Assembly: GCA_000004985.1 (NCBI GenBank)
Contig: GG738874.1
DNA from: Naegleria gruberi
Lineage: Eukaryota
Length of the DNA stretch: 64,000 bases
Direction: 5' to 3' (one strand)
Of the stretch, positions 1 to 11,982 are shown in pieces. Each line of letters begins with the position of its first letter. Positions within the stretch are counted from its first letter, which is position 1. The translations under genes and the position numbers were made by a program. The notes beneath the pieces are model-generated. The model was not told the DNA's origin and did not search any database. It was given only the letters and a program-made list of their open reading frames with translations.

Positions 1-659
1 CTGTCGAACTTGTAACTGGATGTACTCTTGACGCCATTTGTTTTTAAACTGATAAATTGACTAGATTGAGTTTTGCACCCTTACTTCATAAGTTATTTAA
101 TGTCGTACTGTCTTTTCTTATTATCTTGTGATTGTCCAATGGTATATTTATCAAATAAGGACACTAAGATTCTGATTTAAAGCGAATGTTTCGAGCTTTT
201 TTGGTATGATGGTTCCGAAGGGAGATATGCATCATGATAATTTGTTGTGAAGTGTTGTTACATGGCCACAATATTGAATTGTAAAAAGCTAGATCGTATG
301 AAGTGAATCTAGCTTGTCAACACTTGTTCATTTTGTTTGGAAGGTATGGCTTTTAATTTATAATAATTGATGATTCATGATGTATTGTCTTCCGATCAAT
401 GGTTTACTGATTTCCAATTTCTGATCAGACTTGTTTTTGCCTTTTTACTATTTAATACCACACTACTTTTTGATATCTTTGTTCGCAATATTTCTTACTT
501 CATCAACTTAAGAAGAAAACCCATGATTTAACCACAAACAAAGAACTCATAATTTTGTTTTTTTTGAATCATGCTTTTAAAAGTAACGGATGGTTGGCGG
601 GAAATAACAAGCAAAAATAATTGTTGTCCACACAAATTGCAATCTTTCATATTAAAAAA

Positions 660-2105
660 ATGGTAAACAAGAAACTGGCGTTTAGTTTGATAATTTTACT
701 CCTGTCACTGATCACGGTTTCATGTACAACTGCAATTTTCAATCTTCCATACACTACCATATCAACATCAAATTCCTTTTCGTTTCCTAAAGCAACCGAT
801 TCTTGTTCTTTAATTGTTTCATTTAATAGAACTTTATCCGAAGCTTTACTTTTCACAATGAACAAATATTCAACTTTTGATTATAAGAATCTTCTTCCTG
901 ACTCTTCATTTTCCTTGCTGGGTGTTTATGAAATTATATTGAGAGCTGATTATTTGGATTTTGAAGAACTTTCGTTTGACTTGAGTTGTCAAAATGGAAT
1001 TACGAACGTTAGCCCACAGAATATGCGTATTTATACACTAGAGTCTGGTAATATCTTTAAAGATACAAATTCCTATGCTTCTATTCCAACAAATATTGTT
1101 TACTCAACCAGTTTTCAATCAAATTCAAGTTATTCAAAAATTATTGGATTTGCTGGAAAAGTTGATAGTGGAATTGCAATTATTGGATATGTTAGTAATT
1201 TCTTTGGACCTTATGAATTTAAATATCGATTAAAAATTGATTCAAATGTTCAAACAGTTGAAGCACTAACTCTTTCCTTACCAAATATTCCTCCACAATT
1301 GATACCTTATGGACTCTTACTTGATTATACTGGATTTTATTATGATTCTAATGGATATACTTCACTGTATGCATTTAGTGTTAGTAGCAGTGGTGTTACT
1401 CTTCCTAATTTTAAAGGGGCTACTTTACAATATTCATTCCAAGATGGAAATACTTTTAGAGATGTGAAAGGAAATGCAATTCAAATTTTAAAGAGTTCTC
1501 TTGCATGTTTTATCTCAGCTGATGGATATTCCTTTACAAAGATAGTTTCTACTGTTACATCTACAGCATTGACATGTAGTGGCTTTTCAAATGTTCAATA
1601 TATTGCAATCGCTGCTACACCAGCAGTTGCAGGTGCTAGTAGTAGTTCAGGATCAAAGGGTTCAGCCATTCAAATGTACAGTGGAAATTATGTCTATACC
1701 AATACGATTTATTCGAAAGTTTATTACGAAATTAATGTGGAATCAGGAAAGACTTTGACATTGAGTAGTATTTCATTAAATACAAAATCTAATGGAAATG
1801 CATACATTACCATTGATTCAGGAGGAGATAGTAGCACTATGGAATTTATTTTCTCAACAACACAACTTTTCAGCTTGACTTATACGAATTACAACAGTTA
1901 TTCGAAAACAATTTATGTTTCAGTTGAACCTTCTTCCAGTTCAACTAACATTTCATTTTTACCTTACATTTCAGATTATTACAATGTTTGGTCCTATCGA
2001 CTACCTGTTATCATTACTGTTTTGGTAATTATTCCATGTTTCACCTTATTTACCATCATTACTGTCATGATAACCATCAAGAAAAATTCACGTCAATCAC
2101 AGTGA
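660..2105 (+). CDS. Ser/Thr/Asn-rich putative type I membrane glycoprotein (N-terminal signal peptide, single C-terminal TM helix); function unknown
   Basis: Single long ORF in the frame of the 621..2105 track entry; the first true ATG is at 660 (MVNKKLAFSLIILLLSLITVSC, a hydrophobic signal-like stretch). The body is a long S/T/N-rich low-complexity region with many N-x-S/T sites. The C-terminus is a hydrophobic helix (LPVIITVLVIIPCFTLFTIITVMITI) followed by a basic KKNSRQSQ stop. No family recognised. Confidence 0.5.
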   Translation: MVNKKLAFSLIILLLSLITVSCTTAIFNLPYTTISTSNSFSFPKATDSCSLIVSFNRTLSEALLFTMNKYSTFDYKNLLPDSSFSLLGVYEIILRADYLDFEELSFDLSCQNGITNVSPQNMRIYTLESGNIFKDTNSYASIPTNIVYSTSFQSNSSYSKIIGFAGKVDSGIAIIGYVSNFFGPYEFKYRLKIDSNVQTVEALTLSLPNIPPQLIPYGLLLDYTGFYYDSNGYTSLYAFSVSSSGVTLPNFKGATLQYSFQDGNTFRDVKGNAIQILKSSLACFISADGYSFTKIVSTVTSTALTCSGFSNVQYIAIAATPAVAGASSSSGSKGSAIQMYSGNYVYTNTIYSKVYYEINVESGKTLTLSSISLNTKSNGNAYITIDSGGDSSTMEFIFSTTQLFSLTYTNYNSYSKTIYVSVEPSSSSTNISFLPYISDYYNVWSYRLPVIITVLVIIPCFTLFTIITVMITIKKNSRQSQ

Positions 2106-2190
2106 AATCAACTAAACTTTACAATTATCTAAAAATAAATACAGGTTCAGTTGACTATCTCGTTGTTTTAAATGAAAAGACATAAAAAAA

Positions 2191-3617
2191 ATGTTTGCAA
2201 AATTAAGCTCAGGATCTTTTAATTCAGTTAATTTTAGAGAGGTTTTGAATTCTGGGAAACTACCATCTAGTTCTTCAATTACATATGAAGGAATTATGAA
2301 GGAATATTTCTATCGGACAGGAATGAAAGTTTCGGATCAATTATTGGAAAGCGCCTATTCGGTTGCCATTGATCATGATCCAATTACTTTGGAAAAACAA
2401 ATTCATTTGGCTTTAGGTCTTCACAGTTGTAAAGATGGAAAGAATGAAAGAAAGGATTTAAATTTGGTGGTATGTGAAATATATTTAATATTTATTTTAT
2501 AATATTTTACAAAATATTAAAGATTGTTTTGGATATCAGTGGATCCATGTCAAGTTCCATGTCTGGAAAGGGTTCAGAATCAAAAATGAAAGTTGCCAAC
2601 AAAGTAATTTGTGAAATAATTGATAATTTGAAAGATTTTGAAAGATTGGGAATTGTTTTATTTGATGATAAGGCAGAAACTTTTTTACCATTAACTATAG
2701 TTCAAGATTTAGAAAAGAAATCACTTAAAGAGAGGGTAATGAAGATTACTGAGAAGGGATCAACAAATTTTGAAGCTGGAATGAAAAGAGGAATTGATCT
2801 TTTTTCTACAATGGATTCGTCTGATTTATCCAATTCGAATAGAATTATTTACTTGACAGATGCTTGCCCAAATGTTGGAGGAACAGACAGTCTTGATGTT
2901 CTCACAAAAGATGCTAACAGTGGACCTTATGGAATTCTTTCAACTTTTATTGGAATTGGTTTAGATTTCAATTCTGAAATTGTTGAAGAATTGACCAAAG
3001 TTCGTGGTTGTAATTATTTCTCAGTTAAATCCTCTGAAGAATTTAAAAAGATTTTGAATGAAGATTTCAATTATATTGTAACACCAATTTGTTACAATGT
3101 CAAATTGACACTTGAATCAAAAGATTATGAAATTGAGAAATGTTTTGGAACCAATATGGCTGAGCAAGCAACAGGTGAGATTATGAAATTAGATTCATGC
3201 TCAGCTGGTCAATTGGATGAAAGAGGTGTTAAAGGTGGGATTGTTTTATTGAGATTGAAACAAAAAAGTCAACCAATTGAGGATTCTATCATTAAATTGA
3301 CACTTTCATATGAAAATGAGGAGGGAAAGAAATTTAGACAAGAAAAACAAGTCACAATTAAAACTGATCTTGATGGAAACTTGTATGAAACCAATGGAAT
3401 TAGAAAGGCTGTAGCCTTGGTGAGATATGTAGAAATTGTGAAGGATTATTTGGACAAGAAGGGAAACCAACACTCAAAATCAAATACATCTCCAGAATGG
3501 AATTCTAAATTTTTACAATTATCAGAAATTTTTACCAATGAAATGAATGAAATAGGAGATGAACTAATGAAGCAAGAGCTTGAAGTTATCAACAAACTAA
3601 TTTACTATTCCAAGTGA
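2191..3617 (+). CDS. von Willebrand factor type A (vWA) domain protein; 2 exons 2191..2469 and 2523..3617, 53-nt intron GTATGT...TTAAAG
   Basis: ATG at 2191 sits in an AAAAAAAATG context. Exon 1 ends NLVV in phase 0 before gtatgt at 2470; the acceptor is aag at 2520-2522. The spliced join reads ...NLVV|IVLDISGSMSS, the canonical MIDAS start of a vWA domain (DxSxS). Downstream come the GSTNFEAGMKRG and YLTDACPNVGG motifs. Stop TGA at 3615-3617. Predicted about 457 aa. Confidence 0.75.
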
Positions 3618-4292
3618 TTGTTTCAATAAATTCCATCGAGTTTAAATTATGACTGATGCTGCCAATAGACCTCATCTTCCAGTAATTGACATCTGGATCG
3701 ATTTCATCCTCAATGGTAACTATTATGCTTCACTTAATATTTTCATCTATGTGAAGATATTTCAGATTTCCTCATAGATATTCCTCCACAATAAAGTTTC
3801 AATGCTCGGTTTTATCACCTCTAACTAATTCCCCAGAACATGACACTTTCATATGAAAACTTTGCAAACATCTTTCACTAAATAAGGAAATATCAGGTAG
3901 CATATATTTCAATTTTGATGGGAAAGGAATTAATTCCTTCAATAATAATAAATAAATTAATCCAAATGTGTCCTCCACTCGTAGATCATTCTTGAATAAT
4001 TCCCAATCATGATTGCTTTTAGAATTTCAATTTTTTGTTTCATAGAAAATTCCTCAGATGGTGCATTCGAGTGGAAAGAAACTTTCTCCTGGTGAAAGCA
4101 TAACAATCTTCTCATCAAAATTGCATGTTGTACTTTCGGTAGAAATGTTAGACGAAAGAAGAACTAAAATTGTCAAAAATGTGGTGAGTTGTTTTTGCAT
4201 TTTTTTAAAGAACACAAAATTTTGTTGGACTTTGAAATAAATAACAAAAATACTTGTTATCACTAACAAATTACAGCAAAAAAAAACCAACA

Positions 4293-5207
4293 ATGACCAT
4301 TGGAAAGAATAACCGCGTTTCAGAAGATGGCTCCTTTCACTCCAAACCATTATCCCCATCTTCATCCTCCTCTTCTTCATCTACCATTAAAACATCAAAG
4401 ACATCAAAAAAAGACAAGCAACAATCAAAGGCCAGGAAAATTGGTAAATATAAAAGTTTGGCTTTAAAAATCAAATCAGATTGGGAACCACTTCTTCATA
4501 AAGTGATAGAGTCTTTCTGTCAAGACGACTCTTCTTTAACAAATTACGGTGCACCAAGTTGTTTCTATGCTCAATTTAGTTTGTTCAGTGCTCAAGATAA
4601 GAGTAATAACAGTGATCAAATTTTCATCTTGAACAGGAGAAGTAAATCGAAAATATATGCCCCATCAGCAGAAAAATGTTGGTTTTTCCTTGTGAGAGGC
4701 AATGAACTCGACAAACCCTACGAATGCACGCAAGATAAGACAGTTGGACATTATTTTGTTCAAGATGAATGGATACAGCATGGTACTGGTGAAGAGTGTA
4801 AATTAGGATTTGTGGTTAAATATCAAAACGATTTGTACATACATGTGGTGAGTGAGCTAACTTTCATGGGAGTGATTGAGAATATTGGTAAGGTGAGAGA
4901 AAATACAAACTATTGTAATGTTAAAGAGTATGAACCTGATGAAATGTTAAATCTAAAACAGAAACCAACTATGAATGAATTATACCCCTCTCTGAAATAT
5001 TGCAATGCTGAAGAATTGACACAGGAAGATGTAAATGAGAGTCAGCTTGATAAACATATTCAAGGTTTCATAGATCACTTTTGGAAAGGTCGACAAATCA
5101 AACCTTCATTTGAATTATTTAAGAAGGAGATTAAATCCTTGGCCAACTCAATGCTAGAGAAGGATTCAGAGAAAGAGTCTGGCTACGAAACTGAGGATCA
5201 AGATTGA
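4293..5207 (+). CDS. hypothetical protein, Ser-rich N-terminus, no recognisable domain
   Basis: ORF 4254..5207; the first ATG at 4293 (MTIGKNN) sits in a CAAAAAAAAACCAACAATG context. A candidate upstream exon (4058..4183, donor GTGAGT at 4184, acceptor TTACAG at 4271-4276) is out of phase with this ATG and is more likely a 5'-UTR intron. The 5' end is therefore uncertain. Confidence 0.45.
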   Translation: MTIGKNNRVSEDGSFHSKPLSPSSSSSSSSTIKTSKTSKKDKQQSKARKIGKYKSLALKIKSDWEPLLHKVIESFCQDDSSLTNYGAPSCFYAQFSLFSAQDKSNNSDQIFILNRRSKSKIYAPSAEKCWFFLVRGNELDKPYECTQDKTVGHYFVQDEWIQHGTGEECKLGFVVKYQNDLYIHVVSELTFMGVIENIGKVRENTNYCNVKEYEPDEMLNLKQKPTMNELYPSLKYCNAEELTQEDVNESQLDKHIQGFIDHFWKGRQIKPSFELFKKEIKSLANSMLEKDSEKESGYETEDQD

Positions 5208-6219
5208 ATCATAATCCCGAATCTCTCAATAGATGAGTAAATAATAATTTACTATTCATGAATAATATTAAAACTTTATTAAATAGAGATGGTTGTAATG
5301 TTTGGAGTGTCCAATTTGTTAGAATTTCTATTCAATGAAGATCACACATTAAAATGGTGCAACTACTAATAAAAACTCCAACAATGGGACACTCAAACAT
5401 GACAGCCATCGAGTGTGTTTGTTCTTTTTTCAAAATCAAGAGTGAATTGGTCTCAATACAACTCTTTTTTGGTCTCAAAATAAAATTCCTTTTTGAGCAC
5501 TTTTTAACACAACACTGGAAATACTCATCCATCTCATATTTGATCTAGATTAAGATAAAAACTCAGATAAATTTGATTAACAAAAGGTTGACTGAGAGTT
5601 TACAATTTTAAATGTACTCAGCAAGGCATCCACTTTCAAAGTTGTCAAAAAAGACATTTGACTTGCAGGTCCATACCTCAATAGAGATATCGATCTCATC
5701 ATTTGGTCACCACACCACCAACCTCAATCCACTCTAGTTCTCCACCTTCATTCTTGTTATCTTCCCACTCACGAACCATCACAAAACGTGAGGAAGGAAA
5801 TGCCGTATTCGTTTTTGGCGGCAATTTTTCTCACGCTTGAATCAAAACAAGCTAAAAATAAAACAAAACATTTAAATCAGAGTTTCATCATCAGAACAAA
5901 ATTCACAAACAAACAGCAACGGATTGTTACGTTTATTTTAGATCAAGAAACAGCAGCAACAATAGAAAAGATTTTGATCAGTTAATTTAAAAGATTTTTA
6001 ATTATCATCATCAAATAGGAGGATTTAATTATTAAACAATAATATATACACGTGGAAGTATTAATTTGCCTTGACTATTACTACCGACGATATTTATTAA
6101 AATCATTATCATTGAGACTTGTTTTGGTTTGATTGTTGATAAGGACAAGTTCAAGGCACTCTTCATCATCACAACTACTTGTGAATATTCTCTTGTAAAA
6201 GAATCAACATAATAACAAA

Positions 6220-7780
6220 ATGCTTACATTACCAGTAGAGCCGGGCTATAGCATGGGAAGTTTTAGGATTGGAATGCCCATTTCCGAAGCTATTCAGCAT
6301 TTGAAACAGTATGTGGATCAAATGGTCAAGTTTTTCCAAAACAAACAAGCTGCCAGTGAATTGGTAATGATTCAAAGTAATTCTTCATCATCAAATAATG
6401 CTGAGGTAAATGTTCCTTCATATTCTATAGTGAGTTTGGATGATAAACCAAATGCTGTGGAAATTTTGTACAATGAAAAGGATCCTCTGAATAATGATAC
6501 TATTGTGAAAATTGTTGAGGAAGATATTGTATTATATTTCGAGTCAAAAACACAACGATTGAAGTTAATTCAAATCAATAACGTTAAAAAAGTTAAATTA
6601 TCATATGGTGCTAGCATATTTAGTGGTCCGAATGTTGATGCTAGTTTTGTAAAGTAAGTACTATTCACAATTTATTAACAAAATTCTCATCAATATCTTT
6701 CTATTTAAATAATATTTCTTTAATAATAACAATAGTATTTATAATGTATTCGGTCCAACTTATCCAGGCGAGTTTGACACAAAATCAAACACGTACAAGT
6801 TGACTTATCCTGGTCTGACTTTTGTATTCCCAATCCCTCCAATGTTTTCTCATTTGTACTCAGATGGTAAAGAGTTACCAATTGAATTCCCAAATAATAC
6901 CACTCCAATAGCCACCACCATTTATCTTTTCCATGGTCATGATCTTGCAAAACCCAAACTACCTCCTGTAAAATCAGAATGTACTACCAACATTACAAAT
7001 GGATCAAATTCTAAAAATAAGGAAGAAAATAGGAAGAGAATTGATTCAGCTACTCCTGACAGTTATTACGAGCCAATTATTGTCAATCTTGGAAGGGGCA
7101 TTGAATTATCTTACTCAAAGAAGAAAATCAAATTTGGTTATTCAACTCAAGATGTTTTAATGATTCTTGGAGCTCCAGATAAGATTTATTACAAGAGGAA
7201 TGACAAGTTGAGAATTCACGCTATAGGAGCAGGCCAATCTGTAAATGGACGTTTACTCTCTGAAAAGGAAGAAGTTGCCCAACCAACAGAGCACACTAAT
7301 GGATACGAAAGAGTTCTTCAACGTGACAACTCCCTTAATACCATATTGGCACCATCAACTAATAATAGATCCAAGCAAACTGTTGGAAATGACTATTTTT
7401 ATAATTATTTTAGTATGGGCTTTGACATTATGTTTGGAGGAAATACACACACAGTACAAAAGATAATGCTTCACACTAACTTCCCTGGCAGTGTTGATTT
7501 TAATACGTACTCTAAATGTAACTTCTCCATTCCAGTGTCACAATTCGAATTTCAAGAGAAGAGGGAAAATCAATTTATTGGTCCAGATGAAAAGTTTTCC
7601 AATGTTCAAAAGATACTTGATGGCACTCCTTGTAGCAAACCAATTGTTCATGACCACACCAAAGCTAATAATCCATTTGGAGGAACCAAATTCTTTGCTT
7701 TTAGAAATTGTATATTTGAAGTGATTAGTAGAAATGATCATATTAATTCATTGACCTTATTTAAGGATGAAAACAGCTAG
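6220..7780 (+). CDS. PHAF1: UPF0183 family protein, homolog of PHAF1 (phagosome assembly factor 1 / C16orf70); 2 exons 6220..6653 and 6736..7780, 82-nt intron
   Basis: The N-terminus MLTLPVEPGYSMGSFRIGMPISEAIQHLKQ matches the UPF0183 N-terminus (MLDLEVVPERSLGN..LGMPLAQAV). Exon 1 ends in phase 2 before GTAAGT at 6654; the acceptor AATAG ends at 6735. The spliced protein contains GPTYPGEFD, NYFSMGFDIMFGGNTHTVQKIMLHTNFPG and the C-terminal NPFGGTKFFAFRNCIFEVISRNDHINSLTLF. All are colinear with the conserved blocks of the human protein. Stop TAG at 7778-7780. About 492 aa. Confidence 0.85.
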
Positions 7781-7791
7781 CAATAAACTGT

Positions 7792-9060
7792 TTAGTAACC
7801 AAAATCATCCATTCCATCATCGTCTTCTTCCTCTTCTTCATCATCCCATTCTTCTTCTTCATCATCTGGGTAGCCATAAATATCATTGTAATTGTAGTTA
7901 TTTTGTCTGTGGTGTTCATCCTCTCCTTCTTCACTGTCTTCATCATCTGGATACTCATTGTTTGGATTGCCAGATGCATTGGAATCTTCAGAATCATATT
8001 CATCATCTTGAGCAAAACCATACTCATCCTCCAAATTACTTTCAAGCCATAATTGATCATCAAATCTTTCAAATCTCAATACATTTTGTTGATCTTCATA
8101 ATTTTCAGAGTCAATATCATCCATCTTTGTACATGTTTCAACAGTATAGTAATCAACTTCAAATTCATTATCACAAATATTTTGCATTGATTCAGTGGCT
8201 CCCTTTCCATAAATTTCATCCAACATGGAAGCATAATTTGACAAGTCAACCTTTTCTTCCTTTTTCTCTGTTTGTTCTCCAGATAAAACTTGCAATTCCA
8301 CAATTTGCTTATTTCCTTCATTTCTCATCTCACTAATTCTCAACATTCTCTTCTTCTTCATGTCACTTTCATGAGCTTTAGTTCTCTCAGTAGTTTTAGC
8401 TTTAATATTTGTGACTTGTTTGAGTGAAGATTGTTCCGAAAGCTTTGTCTTTTCTTCCACCACTTTCTTTTCACTCTTCACAATGGTAAATTTATAGAGT
8501 GAGAATGATGGCTCCAGAGAAAAGGATGAAGAATCCTTCTTCTTATTCAATGAAGTAGAAGCAAATTGCTTCTCCAAATCAGACATTTTAGTCTTTTTCG
8601 ATTGTTGAATAGATGGAATGTAAAATGTTTCCAAAGGTTCTTCATTTCTCTTTCTCTTGACACAAAACACCTTTGTTGCAGATGCACTCTTACTCTTTTC
8701 ATCAATTTCTTCAATGAGAGGTTGATCCTTCTTCTTAGTTGCTTTAGCCTTGATTGATGGCTTCTTTTGTTGAGGAACAGAGAAGGGTGTTGGTTGAGCA
8801 TAATTAATCTCCTCTCTATATTTCAACCAGAAGGACATATCATCAAGTGTGAGTCCTTTAGGTAAATTGGTAAATGTCTTTTGTTCCGATGGTTTTGTTG
8901 ATGCGGTAACTCCCAATGATTTGTCCATGTCATCAAATTGATTATTTAAAGCCTTTGCTTTTTGTTCAAAATTACTAGTACTTGATGGAGCATCTGATGA
9001 TGATGATGGTGCACTATTAGAATTGATACCCGAAGATTGTGCTGATGATGAAGGTAACAT
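7792..9060 (-). CDS. hypothetical protein with strongly acidic (D/E-rich) C-terminal tail
   Basis: Continuous 422-codon ORF with its ATG in an AAAAAAAATG context (plus 9058-9060). The N-terminus is Ser-rich, the middle is Lys-rich, and the C-terminal roughly 90 aa are Asp/Glu/Tyr-rich (DDEEEEWDDEEEEEDDDGMDDFGY). No family recognised. The stop at 7792-7794 lies 11 nt from the convergent PHAF1 stop. Confidence 0.5.
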   Translation of the reverse strand: MLPSSSAQSSGINSNSAPSSSSDAPSSTSNFEQKAKALNNQFDDMDKSLGVTASTKPSEQKTFTNLPKGLTLDDMSFWLKYREEINYAQPTPFSVPQQKKPSIKAKATKKKDQPLIEEIDEKSKSASATKVFCVKRKRNEEPLETFYIPSIQQSKKTKMSDLEKQFASTSLNKKKDSSSFSLEPSFSLYKFTIVKSEKKVVEEKTKLSEQSSLKQVTNIKAKTTERTKAHESDMKKKRMLRISEMRNEGNKQIVELQVLSGEQTEKKEEKVDLSNYASMLDEIYGKGATESMQNICDNEFEVDYYTVETCTKMDDIDSENYEDQQNVLRFERFDDQLWLESNLEDEYGFAQDDEYDSEDSNASGNPNNEYPDDEDSEEGEDEHHRQNNYNYNDIYGYPDDEEEEWDDEEEEEDDDGMDDFGY

Positions 9061-9381
9061 TTTTTTTGAATTTATAAAAATTAAATTACTTCACATACTT
9101 CATCTAGTTTAATAAATTAAGTTTAATTGAACATGAAGAAGAGTGGGAATGAGTTTAAAAAATGTATTTTTAATAAGCATTTTCAAAAAGGTTCACAATT
9201 AAAGGTGTGAACCAATTTGATTATAAGAAGAATATCAGTTGTGGTGTTGAGATGGTTTTTCATCTAGAATATTGTCAACCACGCAAATTTGTTGGACATT
9301 ATCATGCTTGTTATGTCTGTAATATTTTGAATGATATTCAAATGTGATTTCTATGGATACAGTGCAGATCAAATTGTGTCA

Positions 9382-11865
9382 CTAATCAAATAAGTTGAAT
9401 GTGTTTGATGCTCCATTGTCATTCTTCTTTCTATCTCTGAATGGGAATGGAATAAATCCAGGAGATTGATCACCAGCCAAGTGTGGAGAAGTGTGAGATG
9501 GAGGAGAGTGATGATTTGGAGTTTGTTGTGGTGGAGAATACATTGAATTACTAGTTGGATATCCAACTGGAGAAAAACCAAACGGATTATAAACAACATT
9601 AGGATTTGGCATTTGAGCAAATCCTCCCAAGAATGGCGTTCCTGGAGCAGTTCCCCAATTGGCCTGTGGATTAGAGGAAATTCCACCATTATGCCAATTT
9701 CCAAATACACTGTCATAAACAGATGGAGCATTGGATTGTTTTTGTGGTGGTGAGCTTAATAACTTGCTCATCAAATTTGACTTTTCTATTGGTGAACTTA
9801 GTCCATTATTTACAGGAGTTGAAATTCTCTGGTTGAATAATTGATCATTGATGAATGGTGAATCTACATTGTTTCTCATGAATGGCTTTTCGATATAGTC
9901 GTTTCCAGCTTGGCTTGAAATGTTAAGCTTGGAAAGTGATGAAGGACTATCATTTTTCATTTCTGGAAGGGATGTGCTGTCAGTCTTCCAAATATTACTG
10001 CCTCCTGCAGGAGTAATGAAGCCATTGGTGCTTGTTGTAGCATTGTTAGGAAGAGCAGTAAAACTCTTTGGTTCAATATGTTGATGGTCCAAAGTCATAC
10101 TGTCACTAATGTCATCCACAATAATTTCATCATTAATATCATCCAACAAGTCTCCGTTAATTACAATACTCTCGTCATCAATTTTATCGTCATCTTCAAT
10201 ATCATCTTCAAAGCTTGCTGTTGAGAAGGCTCTGTCATATTCTCTGTAATAAAAACTGATAATCTTGTCATTGATGAGTTCATTCATTTGCTTTTGGAAT
10301 ATCTTGTTCAATGATTGTTTCACATTGGAGTTTTCATTTCTAGTTGAAAAGGTTCCAAGATTACCATTCAATGGATTGTATCCTAGAATGTCGTGATAAA
10401 ATCCATTTTCTCCATCATCAGCAAGTCTTTGATCATCGACAATTTTAGCATATAAGAAGCAAAGGTTATTGCACAATGCTTCATTATCATAGAGGTAGAT
10501 TTTTCTATTTTGAAGGAAATATTCAATGTAGAGTACCAATGAATTGTAAATATCAAAATTCCTAATAGAATCAGATTCATAAAGATCTGAATAGTGGGAG
10601 ATGAGCTTGGCAAAGAAAGCTTCGTTGAAAATCTTACTATAATTATTGGAATTTTGTTGATCCACAAACAAGTTCATGATTGTTGCTTTGAAAAAGTAGG
10701 AGCTGTCATTTTCAGGAACTTCTGCAAAAATTTCCTCAATAATATTCAAATTATCATCATCCAATTCTTCAATAGTAGATTGAGATTGGAATAACTTTCC
10801 ATGGAGAGTTAAAAGTTTGAAACTAGGTTTTCCTTTCATCTTTGGAACGTTATTCTTGAAAAGAAGAATAATATTATCTCTAGCAGATTTGAATGGTCTG
10901 TGAATACAGCTCAAACTTCTATAATATCTATAGATGGCCAAAAAGTAGTCATTTTGATAGGTGGAAATTACAGCCAATTGATTCCAAGCATTGCCGAAAT
11001 TGTAAGATAATTGAACGGCTTTCTTGTAGTACTTTTCACTCTTTGAAAAGTCCATATTCTTAGCATTTAGCAAGGTTTTATATCTGAACAAGTCACCTCG
11101 TTGGAGAAGAACTTTTTCCTTCTGGAATAGTTCCGAAATCTTTTTATAAAACTCCTTATACTCCAAAATACTATCATTAAGAAACTTGATGTATAGATCC
11201 TTTCTCTCCTTCAATACAGGGTTTCTTCTGAATAATTCAATCAATTTGTAATAAAAAGTTTTCCAAATTTGCAAAATCAAATCATACTTCTTGTCATACT
11301 CTGTATCGGAGAGTGCAATATTTTGATATTGTTGAATACAAGTTGAACGAAGAGAACAAAAGTCTTGTGGTTCTCTTTCTCCGCTAAGACTTTTAATTAC
11401 ATTAGGGATCTTTCCTTCATCTGAGAGGAATGCCAAGTATTGTTCCTCATGTTTTTTAACTAGGGAGCATTGAAGTTTAGTTGATTTTTCATTGCTTGGT
11501 TTCGGAGTTGGATTTGATGGATTTTTCAATAACTGTGGAACAGCAGTTACATTGTTTGTTCTAGTTGATGATGTTGTTGTAGTTACATTATTAGGTATCA
11601 TCATAATATTTCCGCGTTGTTGCTGTTGATTATTTGTACTAGATGATGTTGCTCTACCGTTTGATGGATGACCACTAGTGGTTGTTGTTGTTGCTGGTTT
11701 TTCTTGTTGTTGGGCAGTTGTTTTTAGGGTGAGAGGATTTTTGTAGAATCCTTTTCCTTCCACTCCTTGTTGTATTTGTTGTGGTTTTTGCCCACCATTA
11801 TTAATACCACCATTGTTTTGCTTGTTGTTGATCATCGAACGAGGTGGATTCGTTGAGGATGACAT
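9382..11865 (-). CDS. EST1/SMG5-SMG6-SMG7 family protein (14-3-3-like TPR domain), probable nonsense-mediated-decay / telomerase-associated factor, with long Gln/Asn/Thr/Pro-rich low-complexity ends
   Basis: 827-codon continuous ORF; ATG in a TAAAAAATG context (plus 11863-11865). The central block ...KYYKKAVQLSYNFGNAWNQLAVISTYQNDYFLAIYRYYRSLSCIHRPFKSARDNI matches the EST1/SMG7 signature (G.PYNQLAIL......YYY.RSL.V..PF..A..N). The assignment rests on this motif only. Confidence 0.6.
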   Translation of the reverse strand: MSSSTNPPRSMINNKQNNGGINNGGQKPQQIQQGVEGKGFYKNPLTLKTTAQQQEKPATTTTTSGHPSNGRATSSSTNNQQQQRGNIMMIPNNVTTTTSSTRTNNVTAVPQLLKNPSNPTPKPSNEKSTKLQCSLVKKHEEQYLAFLSDEGKIPNVIKSLSGEREPQDFCSLRSTCIQQYQNIALSDTEYDKKYDLILQIWKTFYYKLIELFRRNPVLKERKDLYIKFLNDSILEYKEFYKKISELFQKEKVLLQRGDLFRYKTLLNAKNMDFSKSEKYYKKAVQLSYNFGNAWNQLAVISTYQNDYFLAIYRYYRSLSCIHRPFKSARDNIILLFKNNVPKMKGKPSFKLLTLHGKLFQSQSTIEELDDDNLNIIEEIFAEVPENDSSYFFKATIMNLFVDQQNSNNYSKIFNEAFFAKLISHYSDLYESDSIRNFDIYNSLVLYIEYFLQNRKIYLYDNEALCNNLCFLYAKIVDDQRLADDGENGFYHDILGYNPLNGNLGTFSTRNENSNVKQSLNKIFQKQMNELINDKIISFYYREYDRAFSTASFEDDIEDDDKIDDESIVINGDLLDDINDEIIVDDISDSMTLDHQHIEPKSFTALPNNATTSTNGFITPAGGSNIWKTDSTSLPEMKNDSPSSLSKLNISSQAGNDYIEKPFMRNNVDSPFINDQLFNQRISTPVNNGLSSPIEKSNLMSKLLSSPPQKQSNAPSVYDSVFGNWHNGGISSNPQANWGTAPGTPFLGGFAQMPNPNVVYNPFGFSPVGYPTSNSMYSPPQQTPNHHSPPSHTSPHLAGDQSPGFIPFPFRDRKKNDNGASNTFNLFD

Positions 11866-11982
11866 TTTTTAATCAAATCAGCAACTTTATTAATAGAACG
11901 AAACTGCGTTAACTTTTAAGTTGTATTGTAATTTGCACACAATACCAATTTTGTTTAACACAAACATTTTACCTTGCGATTT

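Noticed and set aside
4058-4240. ORF 4058..4240 as the first coding exon of the 4293..5207 gene (GTGAGT donor at 4184, TTACAG acceptor at 4276)
   Set aside because: The splice phases are incompatible: the join runs into TAA after 11 codons. It is more likely a 5'-UTR intron or non-coding.
9369-9731. Miscellaneous short track ORFs (for example 9369..9731-, 8076..8321-, 5788..5985+, 14176..14559+, 16903..17229-, 26040..26261+, 29867..30115-, 58740..58997-)
   Set aside because: They overlap stronger gene models in other frames or lie in intergenic AT-rich DNA. They lack start context and show no recognisable motifs.
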